Origin: Myxococcota bacterium
GTDB lineage: Bacteria > Myxococcota_A > Polyangia > Polyangiales > Sandaracinaceae
Direction of reading: 5' to 3'
Length of the DNA stretch: 64,000 nt
Assembly (NCBI GenBank): GCA_036149055.1
Contig: JAYZQJ010000143.1
Location: 24,046 to 88,045, forward strand
Below are positions 48,480 through 58,129 of the stretch, piece by piece; position 1 is the stretch's first letter; each line of letters begins with the position of its first letter. The notes under the pieces are model-generated. The model saw only the letters and a program-made list of their open reading frames with translations. It did not search any database and was not told where the DNA came from. Made by a program: the position numbers and the translations under genes.

Positions 48480-49168
48480 GCGATGAACGCGCTCCGGTTG
48501 AGATCCTCGGGCTCACACTGCCCGGACTCGCCGCTGCGGGTCCAGTCGCAGAACGACGGGTCCAGCTGCGCGTACTCCTCGCCGAGCCAGAGCAACCCCA
48601 CCTCGCGCTCGAGCTGCGGGTCCGAGAACGTCTCCTCGAGGTGGGTCATCACCGCCTCGGCGCGCTCGCGGGACAGCTCGCGGTTGCGCTCGGTCGCGCC
48701 CTCGGGGGACGCCCGCGAGACCACGAAGAAGTAACTCGCGCCCCGCCGGTCGGCGAAGCTCCGGTCGATGAGCTGGACCGCGGACGCGTCGAGCTCGGCC
48801 GAGCCCTGCGCGTACTGCACGATGCCGCCGCGCTCGCGCATCGGGACGAAGAGCGCGTTGAAGTCGGAGTCGGCCATGGTGGCGACGTTGCGCGCCTCCA
48901 CCGGCTGACAGCCCCGGCCGCCCGAGCCGCCGATGAGCCCGCAGCTCGTGAGCACCCGCCGCAGGATCTGCTTGAGCTCCGGCGTGCAGTACTCCTCGTT
49001 GGCGTTGGCGGCGACGGCCACCGCGGGCGGCGCGTCGTCGGTGATGGTGGCCGCCTCGACCTCGGCCAGGCGATCCTCGGCCGCGCCGATCCAGGCGAGC
49101 GTCAGCACCACCGGCACGGCGAAGAAGGCGAGCGCGGCCGCGGCCGCGATCCAGCGTGCGTTGCTCAT
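48458..49168 (-). CDS. Membrane-anchored Cys-containing protein with OmpA-like C-terminal domain
   Basis: N-terminal transmembrane segment; YAQGSAELD...RASPEG...NRELSRERAEAV resembles OmpA-C. Confidence 0.65.
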   Translation of the reverse strand: MSNARWIAAAAALAFFAVPVVLTLAWIGAAEDRLAEVEAATITDDAPPAVAVAANANEEYCTPELKQILRRVLTSCGLIGGSGGRGCQPVEARNVATMADSDFNALFVPMRERGGIVQYAQGSAELDASAVQLIDRSFADRRGASYFFVVSRASPEGATERNRELSRERAEAVMTHLEETFSDPQLEREVGLLWLGEEYAQLDPSFCDWTRSGESGQCEPEDLNRSAFIAWIDCRL

Positions 49169-50415
49169 CGGGCGCTCCCGTGCTGGGCCATGAGGCGGGT
49201 CAGCGCGTAGTCCATGCCGAGGTCCGTGTCGGCGTCGCAGAGCCGGGTCTGGCCCACGTACACCTGGGGCGTCAGCACGGGCAGCTGGTTCTGCACCGCC
49301 CAGCGCAGCGACTGGTTCACGCGGGCCTGGGCGCGGGGGCTGCCGATGCAGTCGGCGAGGGCCCCGAACCGCTCGCGGGCCATGCGCGCCGCGCCGCCGG
49401 CGGCCTCGCGCTCGGCGGCCATGATCGCCTCCTGGTTCTCGAAGGCCCAGGCGATGACGTCCTCGGCCTCGCCCTCGGCGCAGACCACCGCCTCGCTGAT
49501 GGCGCACGCGCCGGGGTGGATCGCGCGGTCGATCATCCAGTTGCAGCTGTCGTCGAGCGGGAAGAGCAGCACCTTGCGGCTCGCCTGCGCCTGGGCGCTC
49601 GACGCCTCGAAGCGCGCCTCGAAGCCGCGGCAGGCCGGGCACAGCGGGTCGAGCACCTCGATGACCGGCACCGGGTTGGTCTGGGCGCCGATCGGGAGCA
49701 GCACCTCGTTCGGGTCGCTCGGGTCGGCGAGCTGCCCGCAGCTGCCCACGTAGCGCTCGAAGTCCGGCGCGGCCGCCGCGTACACGCCCACCGGGACGAG
49801 CACGAAGGCGACGCCGAGCCCGAAGGCGGCGCCGAGCACGCCCCAGCGGGTGGGGACCACCGGGGGCGGCGACTCGACCGTCTCGTCGGCCTCGACCGGG
49901 ATGGCGCGCGGCTTGGCGTCGGCCCGGGCGAGGAGGAAGCCGGCCAGCGCCGCGATGAAGCCGAGGCCGCTCGCGACGTAGATGCCGATGCAGAGCTTGC
50001 AGGCGGCGCCCAGGGTCGAGAGCGAGATGTAGCCCATGACCGCCGAGGCGATGACGGGCAGCGCCCAGGCGAGGGCCTGGAAACCCATCGCGCGCGGATC
50101 CCGGGCCCGGCCCATCGCGAACAGCCCGACCGCGAGCGCCGCGAGGAAGGCGAACACCGCCATCGCCGGCAGCGAGATCGGGATCCCGCCCCAGACCGTC
50201 TCCCGGAGCACGGACGAGTAGGGCGACATCAGGGTGACGTGGCACCCGCTGGCGCCGCTGACGTCGGTCTGGTCGAGACCCGGGAGGAACGAGCAGTGGA
50301 GGCCGTGCACCTGGCGGTCGAGGTGCTGCACGAAGTCGTGGGTGGAGACCGCCGCGAACGCGAAGCCGAGCGCGGCGGCGAGGGCCGCGATCGCGATCGT
50401 GGGTTTGGCGCGCAC
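49165..50415 (-). CDS. VKOR family protein fused to a DsbA/thioredoxin-like domain
   Basis: Loop Cys pair (HCSF...GCHVTLMSPYS), GGIP, CKLC in a transmembrane segment; DPLCPAC; TP cis-Pro. Confidence 0.85.
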   Translation of the reverse strand: MRAKPTIAIAALAAALGFAFAAVSTHDFVQHLDRQVHGLHCSFLPGLDQTDVSGASGCHVTLMSPYSSVLRETVWGGIPISLPAMAVFAFLAALAVGLFAMGRARDPRAMGFQALAWALPVIASAVMGYISLSTLGAACKLCIGIYVASGLGFIAALAGFLLARADAKPRAIPVEADETVESPPPVVPTRWGVLGAAFGLGVAFVLVPVGVYAAAAPDFERYVGSCGQLADPSDPNEVLLPIGAQTNPVPVIEVLDPLCPACRGFEARFEASSAQAQASRKVLLFPLDDSCNWMIDRAIHPGACAISEAVVCAEGEAEDVIAWAFENQEAIMAAEREAAGGAARMARERFGALADCIGSPRAQARVNQSLRWAVQNQLPVLTPQVYVGQTRLCDADTDLGMDYALTRLMAQHGSAR

Positions 50416-50644
50416 TGGTGATGCTCACTTTCCGAGCGGTCGGCCCGCACCGACGGCCGCCGCGCTGAGGGGCCCCATGGTAACCATCGAGCGCGAGGGG
50501 ATAGCCCCCACATCGATCGGCGCCCCCCGGGGTGTGAGCGAAGTAGCGCTCCGGGGGTGCGCAGGATCGCCACCGCCGTCGCCATCGCGGCTCGAGGTCG
50601 CCCACGACCGGCGCCGGGCACGCCGCTTGCCGCCGCGCGCGACG

Positions 50645-51097
50645 ATGCGTCTCCTTCTCCTCGCCTCGCTCGCGCTCGTGGGCTGCTACGAGAGTCACGC
50701 CGCCGCCCCGGCTCCGGACGCCGGCCCCGTCGTGTGCGATCACGACCGCTACTGGGGGCCGCGCCTGCCCGAGACCTCGCATTGGTATTCGCTCTACGAG
50801 GGCTGCGACGGAGCGCCGATCGTCATCTTCGCGCCCGAGCGCGAGCCCCTGGATCCCGAGGCCCTCGAGGGCTTCCGCGAGCGCCTCGCGGCCTTCGACG
50901 ACGTCACGCCGACCTCGGGCCCCTGCTGCCCGTCGCGCCCGGACAGCCCGCGCTGTGTGGTGTGGCCGGTCGGCACGGACCGTGAGCGGGAGGCGTTCGA
51001 GCGGGGGGACTACGACGCCTGGCTGATCGACATGTGGCTCATCGGCGCGGGAGGCGAGTCGCCCGGCTGCGCTCCGATCCGTCGCCCGCTTCGGTGA
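50645..51097 (+). CDS. Hypothetical lipoprotein
   Basis: MRLLLLASLALVGC lipobox followed by YESH and PDAG, as in other lipoproteins in this window. Confidence 0.7.
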   Translation: MRLLLLASLALVGCYESHAAAPAPDAGPVVCDHDRYWGPRLPETSHWYSLYEGCDGAPIVIFAPEREPLDPEALEGFRERLAAFDDVTPTSGPCCPSRPDSPRCVVWPVGTDREREAFERGDYDAWLIDMWLIGAGGESPGCAPIRRPLR

Positions 51098-51341
51098 TCG
51101 CGCCCCGCGCCCGCTCGACCGCCGCCAGCACCTCGCGCGCCCGGGCCAGGAAGCGCTCGCCGGTCGGGAGCAGGGTCATGCCGCGGGGCGTCCGCTCGAA
51201 CAGCGGGGCCCCGAGCTCCTCCTCCAGCCGACGGATCTGTCGGCTGAGCGGAGGCTGCGAGATGTGGAGCCGGCGCGCGGCGCGGCCGACGTGGCCCTCC
51301 TCGGCGACGGCGATGAAGGACTCGAGCTGGACGAGGCTCAT
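51039..51341 (-). CDS. LysR-family regulator consisting of HTH and linker helix only (100 aa)
   Basis: LESFIAVAEEGHVGRAARRLHISQPPLSRQIRRLEEELGAPLFERTPRGMTL; no effector domain. Confidence 0.88.
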   Translation of the reverse strand: MSLVQLESFIAVAEEGHVGRAARRLHISQPPLSRQIRRLEEELGAPLFERTPRGMTLLPTGERFLARAREVLAAVERARGAITEAGDGSERSRATRLPRR

Positions 51342-51381
51342 GGCCTCTCGAGTATGACGCGATCGCCCGCCGGCGCGTCCA

Positions 51382-51396
51382 ATACCCATTGGGTAT
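51382..51396. promoter_or_regulatory. LysR-type binding site ATAC-N7-GTAT (T-N11-A)
   Basis: ATACCCATTGGGTAT near-perfect palindrome between the divergent LysR and map genes. Confidence 0.7.
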
Positions 51397-51432
51397 GAGC
51401 GCGCGGCCGCGGAGGGCCCCAGGCTGGCGGCC

Positions 51433-52203
51433 ATGCGGATCACGCGACTTCGCCCGCCCGAGATCGCGGGCATGATGGCCGCCGGGCGGGTGGCCGCCGA
51501 GACGCTGGCCCTCGTCGGTCGGCGGCTGCGGCCGGGGGTGCGGACTTCCGAGATCGACGCCTGGGTCCGCGAGGACACCGCGCGCCGCGGGGCCCGCCCG
51601 AGCCAGCTCGGCTATCACGGCTTCCCGGCGTCGGTGTGCACCAGCCGCAACGACGTCGCGTGTCACGGCGTGCCCCGGCCCGACGAGGTGCTCGAGGAGG
51701 GCGACCTGATCTCGGTGGACGTCACCAGTCAGCTCGACGGCTGGCACGGCGACAACTGCGCCACCTTCGCGGTCGGGACGCCTGGGCCCGAGGCGGCTCA
51801 TCTGCTCGAGACGGCGCGCCGTTGCCGGGACGAGGGCGTGGCCCAGGTCCGGGCCGGGATGCGGCTGGGCGACGTGGGCGCGGTCATCGAGGCCCTGGCC
51901 CGGCGCGAGGGCTGCGGCGTCGTCCGGGTGGTCGGCGGTCACGGGATCGGCCGCCGCATGCACCTGCCGCCCCACGTCGACCACTTCGGGGTCCCCGGTC
52001 GAGGCGCGCGCCTGAAGGCGGGCATGGCGATCACGATCGAGCCCATCCTCACGCTCGGCGCGCCCGACCTGGTGACCGACGACGACGGCTGGACCATGCG
52101 CACCCTCGACGGGAGCTGGGCGGCGCAGTTCGAGCACACGATCGTCGTCGAAGAGGACGGCGCGCGGATCACGACGCTCGCGGTCGAGGCCGGGGTGCGG
52201 TAG
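51433..52203 (+). CDS. map: Type I methionine aminopeptidase
   Basis: GYHGFPASVCTSRNDVACHGVP, SVDV...HGD, GHGIG..MH, TIEP, AQFEHT. Confidence 0.93.
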   Translation: MRITRLRPPEIAGMMAAGRVAAETLALVGRRLRPGVRTSEIDAWVREDTARRGARPSQLGYHGFPASVCTSRNDVACHGVPRPDEVLEEGDLISVDVTSQLDGWHGDNCATFAVGTPGPEAAHLLETARRCRDEGVAQVRAGMRLGDVGAVIEALARREGCGVVRVVGGHGIGRRMHLPPHVDHFGVPGRGARLKAGMAITIEPILTLGAPDLVTDDDGWTMRTLDGSWAAQFEHTIVVEEDGARITTLAVEAGVR

Positions 52204-52214
52204 ATCTCGCCGTC

Positions 52215-53756
52215 GTGCAGGGCGAAGATGTCGTCGCGTTCTTCGAGGGGAGCCTGACCCCCTTCGGCGGCTTTGGCATCGCGATCGCGCTCCTGCTGCT
52301 CCTCCTCCTGCGGCTCGTCGTCCCGGTGGGGCAGCGCCGGATCATCCGCGCGCCGAGCATGCTCCTGGTCGGGCACCTGATCCTGATCGTGGTCCTGGGG
52401 CTGATGCCCGAGCCGTCCGAGGGGGAGGGCTTCGCGCACATGGCGCGGCGGCTCCTGCGGCTCACCGCCCTGACGCTCCTGCTGCTGTCGATCGCGCGGG
52501 CCACCTATCTGGCGATCCTCCACTCGGTGCTGCGACGGGGCAAGCGCCGCAGCCTGCCGGGGATCTTTCGCGACATCATCCAGGTCGCCTTCTACGCGGT
52601 GGTCGCGCTGCTCGTGCTGCACGCGGCCGGGGTCGAGCCGGGATCCCTGCTGACCACCTCCGCGCTCCTGACCGCGGTCATCGGCCTCTCGCTCCAGGAC
52701 ACCCTCGGCAACCTCTTCGCCGGGCTCGCCATCCAGGCCCAGACGCCCTTCGAGGTCGGCGACTGGGTGCAGTTCGACGACGACACCGAGCACATCGGCG
52801 AGGTGCTGGAGATCAACTGGCGCGCCACCCGCCTGCTCACCATCGAGCGGGTCGAGGTGACGGTGCCGAACAACCTCCTCGCCAAGGCGCCGATCCGCAA
52901 CTACTCGAAGCCGACCCGGCTGGTGCGCCGCAAGTCGACCATCCTCGCGCCCTACGACGCGCCGCCCGCCCGGGTGCACCGGCTGCTCGCCGAGGCGGTG
53001 GTCGAGGTCGACGGCGTCCGCTCGCACCCGCCGCCCGACATCCAGACCATCGAGTTCACCGAGCGCGGGGTCGAGTACCGGGTCCGCTACTTCATCGAGG
53101 ACTTCGACCAGCGCGAGGTCATCGACTCCCGGGTGCGGGATCGCCTCTGGTACGCCCTCCGGCGGGGCGCGCTGCCGATCCCCGCGCCGCAGCGGCGCAT
53201 CACCCTGGTCGAGCAGAACGCCACCACCGCCGAGGCGCATCACCAGGCGACCATCGCCGACATCGAGCGCACCCTCGCCAAGCTCGCGCTCTTCGGGCCG
53301 CTGACGCCCGAGCTGCTGCACGAGGTGGCGATGCACACCGAGCGCCGCCTCTACGCCCACCACGAGCTGGTCATCCAGCAGGGCGACTACGGGGAGGAGC
53401 TCTTCGTGGTCGAGAAGGGCGAGCTCGAGGTGCTCATCGACGTGCACGACGGCATGCAGTGCGTGGCCCGGCTGAAGCGCGGCGACTTCTTCGGCGAGAT
53501 GAGCCTCCTGACCGGCGAGCAGCGGCGGGCCACGGTGCGCTCGGACGGCGAGGTCAGCCTCTTCGTGGTGTCCAAGGAGTCGCTGCAGCCGGTGCTCGAG
53601 GCGGCGCCGGACCTGGCCGAGATGATGAGCGCGGTGCTGGCGGAGCGAGAGCTCGCGCTGCGCACCAGCAACCGGCCGGCGCAGCAGAGCGACGCCGCGG
53701 TCTCCGAGCGGAGCGGAGAGCTCCTGCAGCGCATCCGCGAGTTCTTCTCGATTTGA
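52215..53756 (+). CDS. MscS mechanosensitive channel with C-terminal cyclic-nucleotide-binding domain
   Basis: IGLSLQDTLGNLFAG, PFEVGDWV, INWRAT, VPNN; GDFFGEMSLLTGEQRRATVR; start inferred. Confidence 0.9.
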   Translation: MQGEDVVAFFEGSLTPFGGFGIAIALLLLLLLRLVVPVGQRRIIRAPSMLLVGHLILIVVLGLMPEPSEGEGFAHMARRLLRLTALTLLLLSIARATYLAILHSVLRRGKRRSLPGIFRDIIQVAFYAVVALLVLHAAGVEPGSLLTTSALLTAVIGLSLQDTLGNLFAGLAIQAQTPFEVGDWVQFDDDTEHIGEVLEINWRATRLLTIERVEVTVPNNLLAKAPIRNYSKPTRLVRRKSTILAPYDAPPARVHRLLAEAVVEVDGVRSHPPPDIQTIEFTERGVEYRVRYFIEDFDQREVIDSRVRDRLWYALRRGALPIPAPQRRITLVEQNATTAEAHHQATIADIERTLAKLALFGPLTPELLHEVAMHTERRLYAHHELVIQQGDYGEELFVVEKGELEVLIDVHDGMQCVARLKRGDFFGEMSLLTGEQRRATVRSDGEVSLFVVSKESLQPVLEAAPDLAEMMSAVLAERELALRTSNRPAQQSDAAVSERSGELLQRIREFFSI

Positions 53757-53769
53757 TCGTAGACTGGGG

Positions 53770-54144
53770 GTGATGAGCCCCGACGGTCCGATCCTCGTCA
53801 TCGACGACGACCCCGATCTCTGCGCGATGCTGAAGCGCGCCCTCGAGCACGGAGGGCACCGGGTCGTGACCGCCAACGACGGGATGCAGGCCATCCGCGC
53901 CTTCGAGCTCAACCGTCCGTCGGTGCTCCTGGTGGACCTGATGATGCCGCAGCTCGACGGCGAGGAGCTGCTCCGGGTGCTCGGCTCGCCGCGCCCGCCG
54001 GTGATCCTCATCACCGCGAGCGTGCGCCGCGAGGAGGTCGCCACGAAGTTCTCGGTCGACGCCGCGTTCGAGAAGCCGTTCGACGTGAGCGACGTCGTCG
54101 CGACCGTCGATCGCCTCGCCACCGCGCCCGTGTCTTCGCGGTGA
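53770..54144 (+). CDS. Single-domain response regulator
   Basis: LVIDDD, VDLMMP, ITA, EKPF. Confidence 0.9.
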   Translation: MMSPDGPILVIDDDPDLCAMLKRALEHGGHRVVTANDGMQAIRAFELNRPSVLLVDLMMPQLDGEELLRVLGSPRPPVILITASVRREEVATKFSVDAAFEKPFDVSDVVATVDRLATAPVSSR

Positions 54145-54186
54145 CGCCCCCTCGCCACCTCCCTCCCGCGGGACTATGAGTCGCCC

Positions 54187-55638
54187 ATGAACGACGTGTA
54201 CGAGGAGGATCTCGACCTCCCGCAGCCCACCCGCCGCATCTTCTGCAACCGGACGCTCAACCTCCGGTCGATCCGCGCGGTCGGCTTCGACATGGACTAC
54301 ACGCTCATCCACTACGACGCCGACGAGTGGGAGCGTGAGGCGTACGCGCACCTGAAGAGCCGCCTCGAGGCGCGCGGCTGGCCGGTGGACGGGCTGACCT
54401 TCGATCCGAAGCTCGTGGCCCTCGGCCTGGTGCTCGACCTCGAGCACGGCAACATCGTGAAGGCCAACCGCTTCGGCTACGTGAAGCGCGCGCAGCACGG
54501 CACCCGCGTGCTCCCCTACGACGAGCAGAAGGAGCTCTACGCCCGCGCCCTCGTCGATCTCTCGGAGCCGCGCTGGGTCTTCCTCAACACGCTCTTCTCG
54601 CTGAGCGAGGCGTGCATGTACGCGCAGCTCGTCGACCGCCTCGACGCCGACCGCATCAAGGGCGTGCTCGGCTACGCGGACCTCTACAAGGTCGTGCGCT
54701 CCAGCCTCGACGAGGCGCACATGGAGGGGCAGCTGAAGGCGGAGATCGTGAAGGACCCCGAGCGCTTCGTGGTGCTCGACCCGGATCTGCCGCTCGCGCT
54801 CCTCGACCTGCGCGAGGCGGGCAAGAAGCTGCTCCTCATCACCAACAGCGAGTGGCCCTACACGAAGTCGATGATGACCTACGCCTTCGACCGGTTCCTG
54901 CCGGGCGACACGACCTGGCGGGACATCTTCGACGTCGTCATCGTCTCTGCGCGCAAGCCCTCGTTCTTCGAGCACCGCATGCCGTGGTTCGAGGTGGTCG
55001 ACGAGGAGGGCAAGCTCCTGCCGTGCCTCGGGCCCGAGCTCGGCGGCGCGTTCCTCGGCGGCAACGCGGCCGGCGTCGAGGAGGCGCTCGGGCTGAGCGG
55101 CGACGAGATCCTCTACGTGGGCGATCACATCTTCAGCGACGTCCGGGTCTCGCGCAGCATGCTGCGCTGGCGGACCGCGCTGGTGGTGCGCGACCTCGAG
55201 GCCGAGCTCGACGCGCTCGAGGGCTTCAAGGCGAAGCAGGCCGAGCTGAGCCAGCTGATGGACGAGAAGGAGCGGCTCGAGCACGCGTTCTCCCGCATCC
55301 GCCTCGGCCTGCAGCGCCTCGAGAAGGGCTACGGGCCGCAGCCCAGATCCGACGCGGGCCTGCTGAAGCAGCGCATGAGCGCGCTCCGCGAGAAGCTGGT
55401 GAAGCTCGACCAGCAGATCTCCCCGCTCGCCCGCGAGGCCGGCCAGCTCGTCAACGAGCGCTGGGGCCTGCTGCTCCGGACCGGCAACGACAAGAGCCAC
55501 CTCGCGCGCCAGATCGAGCGCTACGCCGACGTCTACATGTCGCGCGTCTCCAACCTGCTCGCGCTGACCCCCTTCGTCTACCTGCGCAGCCCGCGCGGCA
55601 GCCTCCCCCACGATCACGGCCCCGGCGGCGGCGTGTGA
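54187..55638 (+). CDS. HAD-IG family 5'-nucleotidase (cN-II-like)
   Basis: IFCNRTLNL, GFDMDYTL, LITNS, ARKP, YVGDHIFSD, RYADVY. Confidence 0.93.
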   Translation: MNDVYEEDLDLPQPTRRIFCNRTLNLRSIRAVGFDMDYTLIHYDADEWEREAYAHLKSRLEARGWPVDGLTFDPKLVALGLVLDLEHGNIVKANRFGYVKRAQHGTRVLPYDEQKELYARALVDLSEPRWVFLNTLFSLSEACMYAQLVDRLDADRIKGVLGYADLYKVVRSSLDEAHMEGQLKAEIVKDPERFVVLDPDLPLALLDLREAGKKLLLITNSEWPYTKSMMTYAFDRFLPGDTTWRDIFDVVIVSARKPSFFEHRMPWFEVVDEEGKLLPCLGPELGGAFLGGNAAGVEEALGLSGDEILYVGDHIFSDVRVSRSMLRWRTALVVRDLEAELDALEGFKAKQAELSQLMDEKERLEHAFSRIRLGLQRLEKGYGPQPRSDAGLLKQRMSALREKLVKLDQQISPLAREAGQLVNERWGLLLRTGNDKSHLARQIERYADVYMSRVSNLLALTPFVYLRSPRGSLPHDHGPGGGV

Positions 55639-56510
55639 GCGATCACGTCCGCGTCGAGGGCGAGCTCGTCGAGGTCCGGCGCGACCCCCTCGACCGCTTC
55701 GGCCGCGGCGCGGCGCTCGTGTTCTTCGTGGCCCCGGGCCTGACCCTCGCGGTCCACGCGGGCGGCGCGATCTTCGGCGCCAGCGACGCGTCGAGCAGCC
55801 TCGCGGTCGTGATCGCCGCCGGGCTCGCGGGCGCGATCCCCGGGCTCGTCGGGCTCGGGCTCCTGCTCGCCAGCCGCGCGTCGAAGCCGGTGGCGATGCT
55901 CGACCTGGGCGAGCGGCTGCTCGTCCGCGGCGGCCGCACCGAGGTGCTGCGCGAGGTCGAGGCGGTCGCGGTGCAGCGGGCGGGCGGCTGGCGGCGCGGC
56001 TTCCGACTGGTGCTCGCGGGCCCGCACCCGGTCCCGCTGCTCTCGTTCGTGCCCGCGTCCCGCGGCGCGGCGCTGTGCGAGAGCGCGGAGCGGCTCGCGG
56101 ACGCGCTCGACGTCCCCCTCGCGGCCTCGGACGCGGCCCTCTCCGCGCGCGGGCTGGTGCCGAAGAGCGCCGACGCCTTCGCCGCGCTCTGCCTGCTGCC
56201 GGTGGACGGGCTCTCGCAGGCCTACGCGATCTGGGCGCTCGTCTCCTCGCGCGACGCCCGGGTCCGCCGCGCCGCCAAGCAGGGCCTGGCCGCGACCTTC
56301 GTCGAGGCGCTCCTGCTCGGCGGCCTGCTCGGCTGCGCGGGCGTGCCCATCCTGGCCCTCGCCGACGGCCCCGGCCTCGCGCACGGCTTCCTGGTGCTCT
56401 TCCCCGCGCTGCTCTTCGCGCTCGCCCGCGCCGGGTTCAGGCTGCACGCCGCCCACCGCGCGCGCCGCGGGGAGCCGTTCTCACTCCCCGGGCTCGGCCG
56501 GGTCGGGTGA
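55635..56510 (+). CDS. Hypothetical membrane protein
   Basis: GTGA overlap with the nucleotidase stop; several hydrophobic segments. Confidence 0.65.
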   Translation: MSDHVRVEGELVEVRRDPLDRFGRGAALVFFVAPGLTLAVHAGGAIFGASDASSSLAVVIAAGLAGAIPGLVGLGLLLASRASKPVAMLDLGERLLVRGGRTEVLREVEAVAVQRAGGWRRGFRLVLAGPHPVPLLSFVPASRGAALCESAERLADALDVPLAASDAALSARGLVPKSADAFAALCLLPVDGLSQAYAIWALVSSRDARVRRAAKQGLAATFVEALLLGGLLGCAGVPILALADGPGLAHGFLVLFPALLFALARAGFRLHAAHRARRGEPFSLPGLGRVG

Positions 56511-56744
56511 GCCGGCGTCGGCGGCGCGCGTCGCGCGCGGTCCGGTGAAGACGCCGCCCGCGTCCGGGCCCCAGGCGTGTCGTCGGTAGCTGCCTCCGTC
56601 GCCGCGCGGGTCGTCGAGCGCGCCGACGTGAGCGCCCGGATCCAGCGGGGCCTCGCGGCCGCTCATCCGGTACACGACGTAGAGGAAGCCGGCGAAGAAC
56701 AGCAGGAGGATGGCGAAGGTCGGCCAGCCGACGCGGTCGTTCAT
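56481..56744 (-). CDS. Small membrane protein (weakly CcoQ-like)
   Basis: TFAILLLFFAGFLYVVY helix; GAGG RBS. Confidence 0.5.
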   Translation of the reverse strand: MNDRVGWPTFAILLLFFAGFLYVVYRMSGREAPLDPGAHVGALDDPRGDGGSYRRHAWGPDAGGVFTGPRATRAADAGSPDPAEPGE

Positions 56745-56754
56745 CGTGCCTCGT

Positions 56755-57570
56755 TCATCGTCCCTGGAGCATCCCCCGGAGCGGCTCGTATTCCCCGGGC
56801 TGCGCCCGGATGAACCCCTCGGCGTCGAGCGCGAGGCAGAGCGCGGCGCGGGCCCGGGATCCGTCGCGCTCGAGGACCCGGGTGGAGAGCCGCTCGGCGC
56901 GCTTGCGGTCGAGCGCCCGCGTGAGCCCGATGGCGTCGTTGGGGGACTCCTCGGTGATGTGCAGGGCCGAGAACTTCTCCGCCGCGGTGCGTCCGCCGTA
57001 GGTGGCGAGCGAGTCGCGGGTCGCGCCCGGCGAGTCGTCGCGCACGGTCAGCGCGGTGAAGTCGGCGCGGGCCTCGACGAGCGCGGCCAGCGCGTCCGGG
57101 TAGCTGCCCTCGAAGGTCTGCGCGCCCAGGTCGTCCTCGCCGACGCCGACCCGCCGCAGCGCCGCGAGGGCGAGGAGGTGCCCGCCCACCGACAGCCGGT
57201 CGACCCACGCGGCGCGCTTGCCCCGCAGGTCCGCCACCCGCAGCAGCTCGCCCCGCCGCGCGACGATGGCCGAGCGATAGGTCGTGCGCCCGTGACGCAC
57301 GCACTTGTAGAGACCACGGAGGGTGGGCTCGAGCTGCGCGCAGAGGGTGGGCGGCAACCAGACCAGCTCGGCGCCGTGCCCGGCCGCGCGCGCCGCGAGG
57401 TCCGCGTAGTCCCTGGCGACCTCCACCGTCACCGGCTCGGCGAGGTCGGCGCGCAGCGACTGATCGAGCAGCTCGGCCCGCGCCCTCGCGCGCGCCTCGC
57501 CCACCGACGGCGGCAGCAGCAAGCGGAGCGTCACCTCGCGATGATAGGCGCGAAGCTCCCGTCCGCTCAA
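56755..57570 (-). CDS. PhnD-like (phosphate/phosphonate-binding fold) protein without a signal peptide
   Basis: ARDY, YRSAIVAR, DLRGKRAAWVDRLSVGG, FEGSY, ESPND. Confidence 0.78.
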   Translation of the reverse strand: MSGRELRAYHREVTLRLLLPPSVGEARARARAELLDQSLRADLAEPVTVEVARDYADLAARAAGHGAELVWLPPTLCAQLEPTLRGLYKCVRHGRTTYRSAIVARRGELLRVADLRGKRAAWVDRLSVGGHLLALAALRRVGVGEDDLGAQTFEGSYPDALAALVEARADFTALTVRDDSPGATRDSLATYGGRTAAEKFSALHITEESPNDAIGLTRALDRKRAERLSTRVLERDGSRARAALCLALDAEGFIRAQPGEYEPLRGMLQGR

Positions 57571-58028
57571 TCCGGCGTGTTCTTGCGGCGGCGCGGGCGG
57601 ACGGGGCGGAGCTGCTCGTGCGATCGCGGCTTCTGGCGCGACTCCGCTTCGGCCTCGGCGAGCGTCGCGGCGATCTCGTCGACGATTCGCTCGGTCTTCA
57701 GGCCCTTCGAGAGCACGGTGTCGAAGATCGCGAGATCCTCGTCCTCCACCTCGGCCAGGGTCCCGCTCACGAGCACCAGCGGGGGCGCGGCGCGCCCGAG
57801 CGTCCCGTGGATCCGCCTCGCGACCGTCGCCCCGGTCCAGCCGCCGCCGAGCACGAAGTCGATCACCGCGAGCGTGGGGCGGTCGCGCTCCAGGGCCTCG
57901 AGCGCGGGCTCGGGGCTCGAGAAGCTCCGGACCTCGAAGCCGCGGGTCCGCAGGAGGCGGGAGAGCGAGCGGAGCCAGAGCTCGTCATCGTCGAGCAGCA
58001 GGATCCAGCGCGGAGGCGCGTCGCTCAT
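57567..58028 (-). CDS. Response regulator receiver protein
   Basis: LLLDDD, VIDFVL, LVSG, LSKG. Confidence 0.8.
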   Translation of the reverse strand: MSDAPPRWILLLDDDELWLRSLSRLLRTRGFEVRSFSSPEPALEALERDRPTLAVIDFVLGGGWTGATVARRIHGTLGRAAPPLVLVSGTLAEVEDEDLAIFDTVLSKGLKTERIVDEIAATLAEAEAESRQKPRSHEQLRPVRPRRRKNTPD

Positions 58029-58129
58029 CGCGCCGGAAAGTTACCACGAGGTCGGCCCGCTGTCGTCACCGGGCGGGTACGGCCGCGCTGCGCTTCCTGC
58101 CGCGGACCCAGGGGGCTACATTGCGCGAG

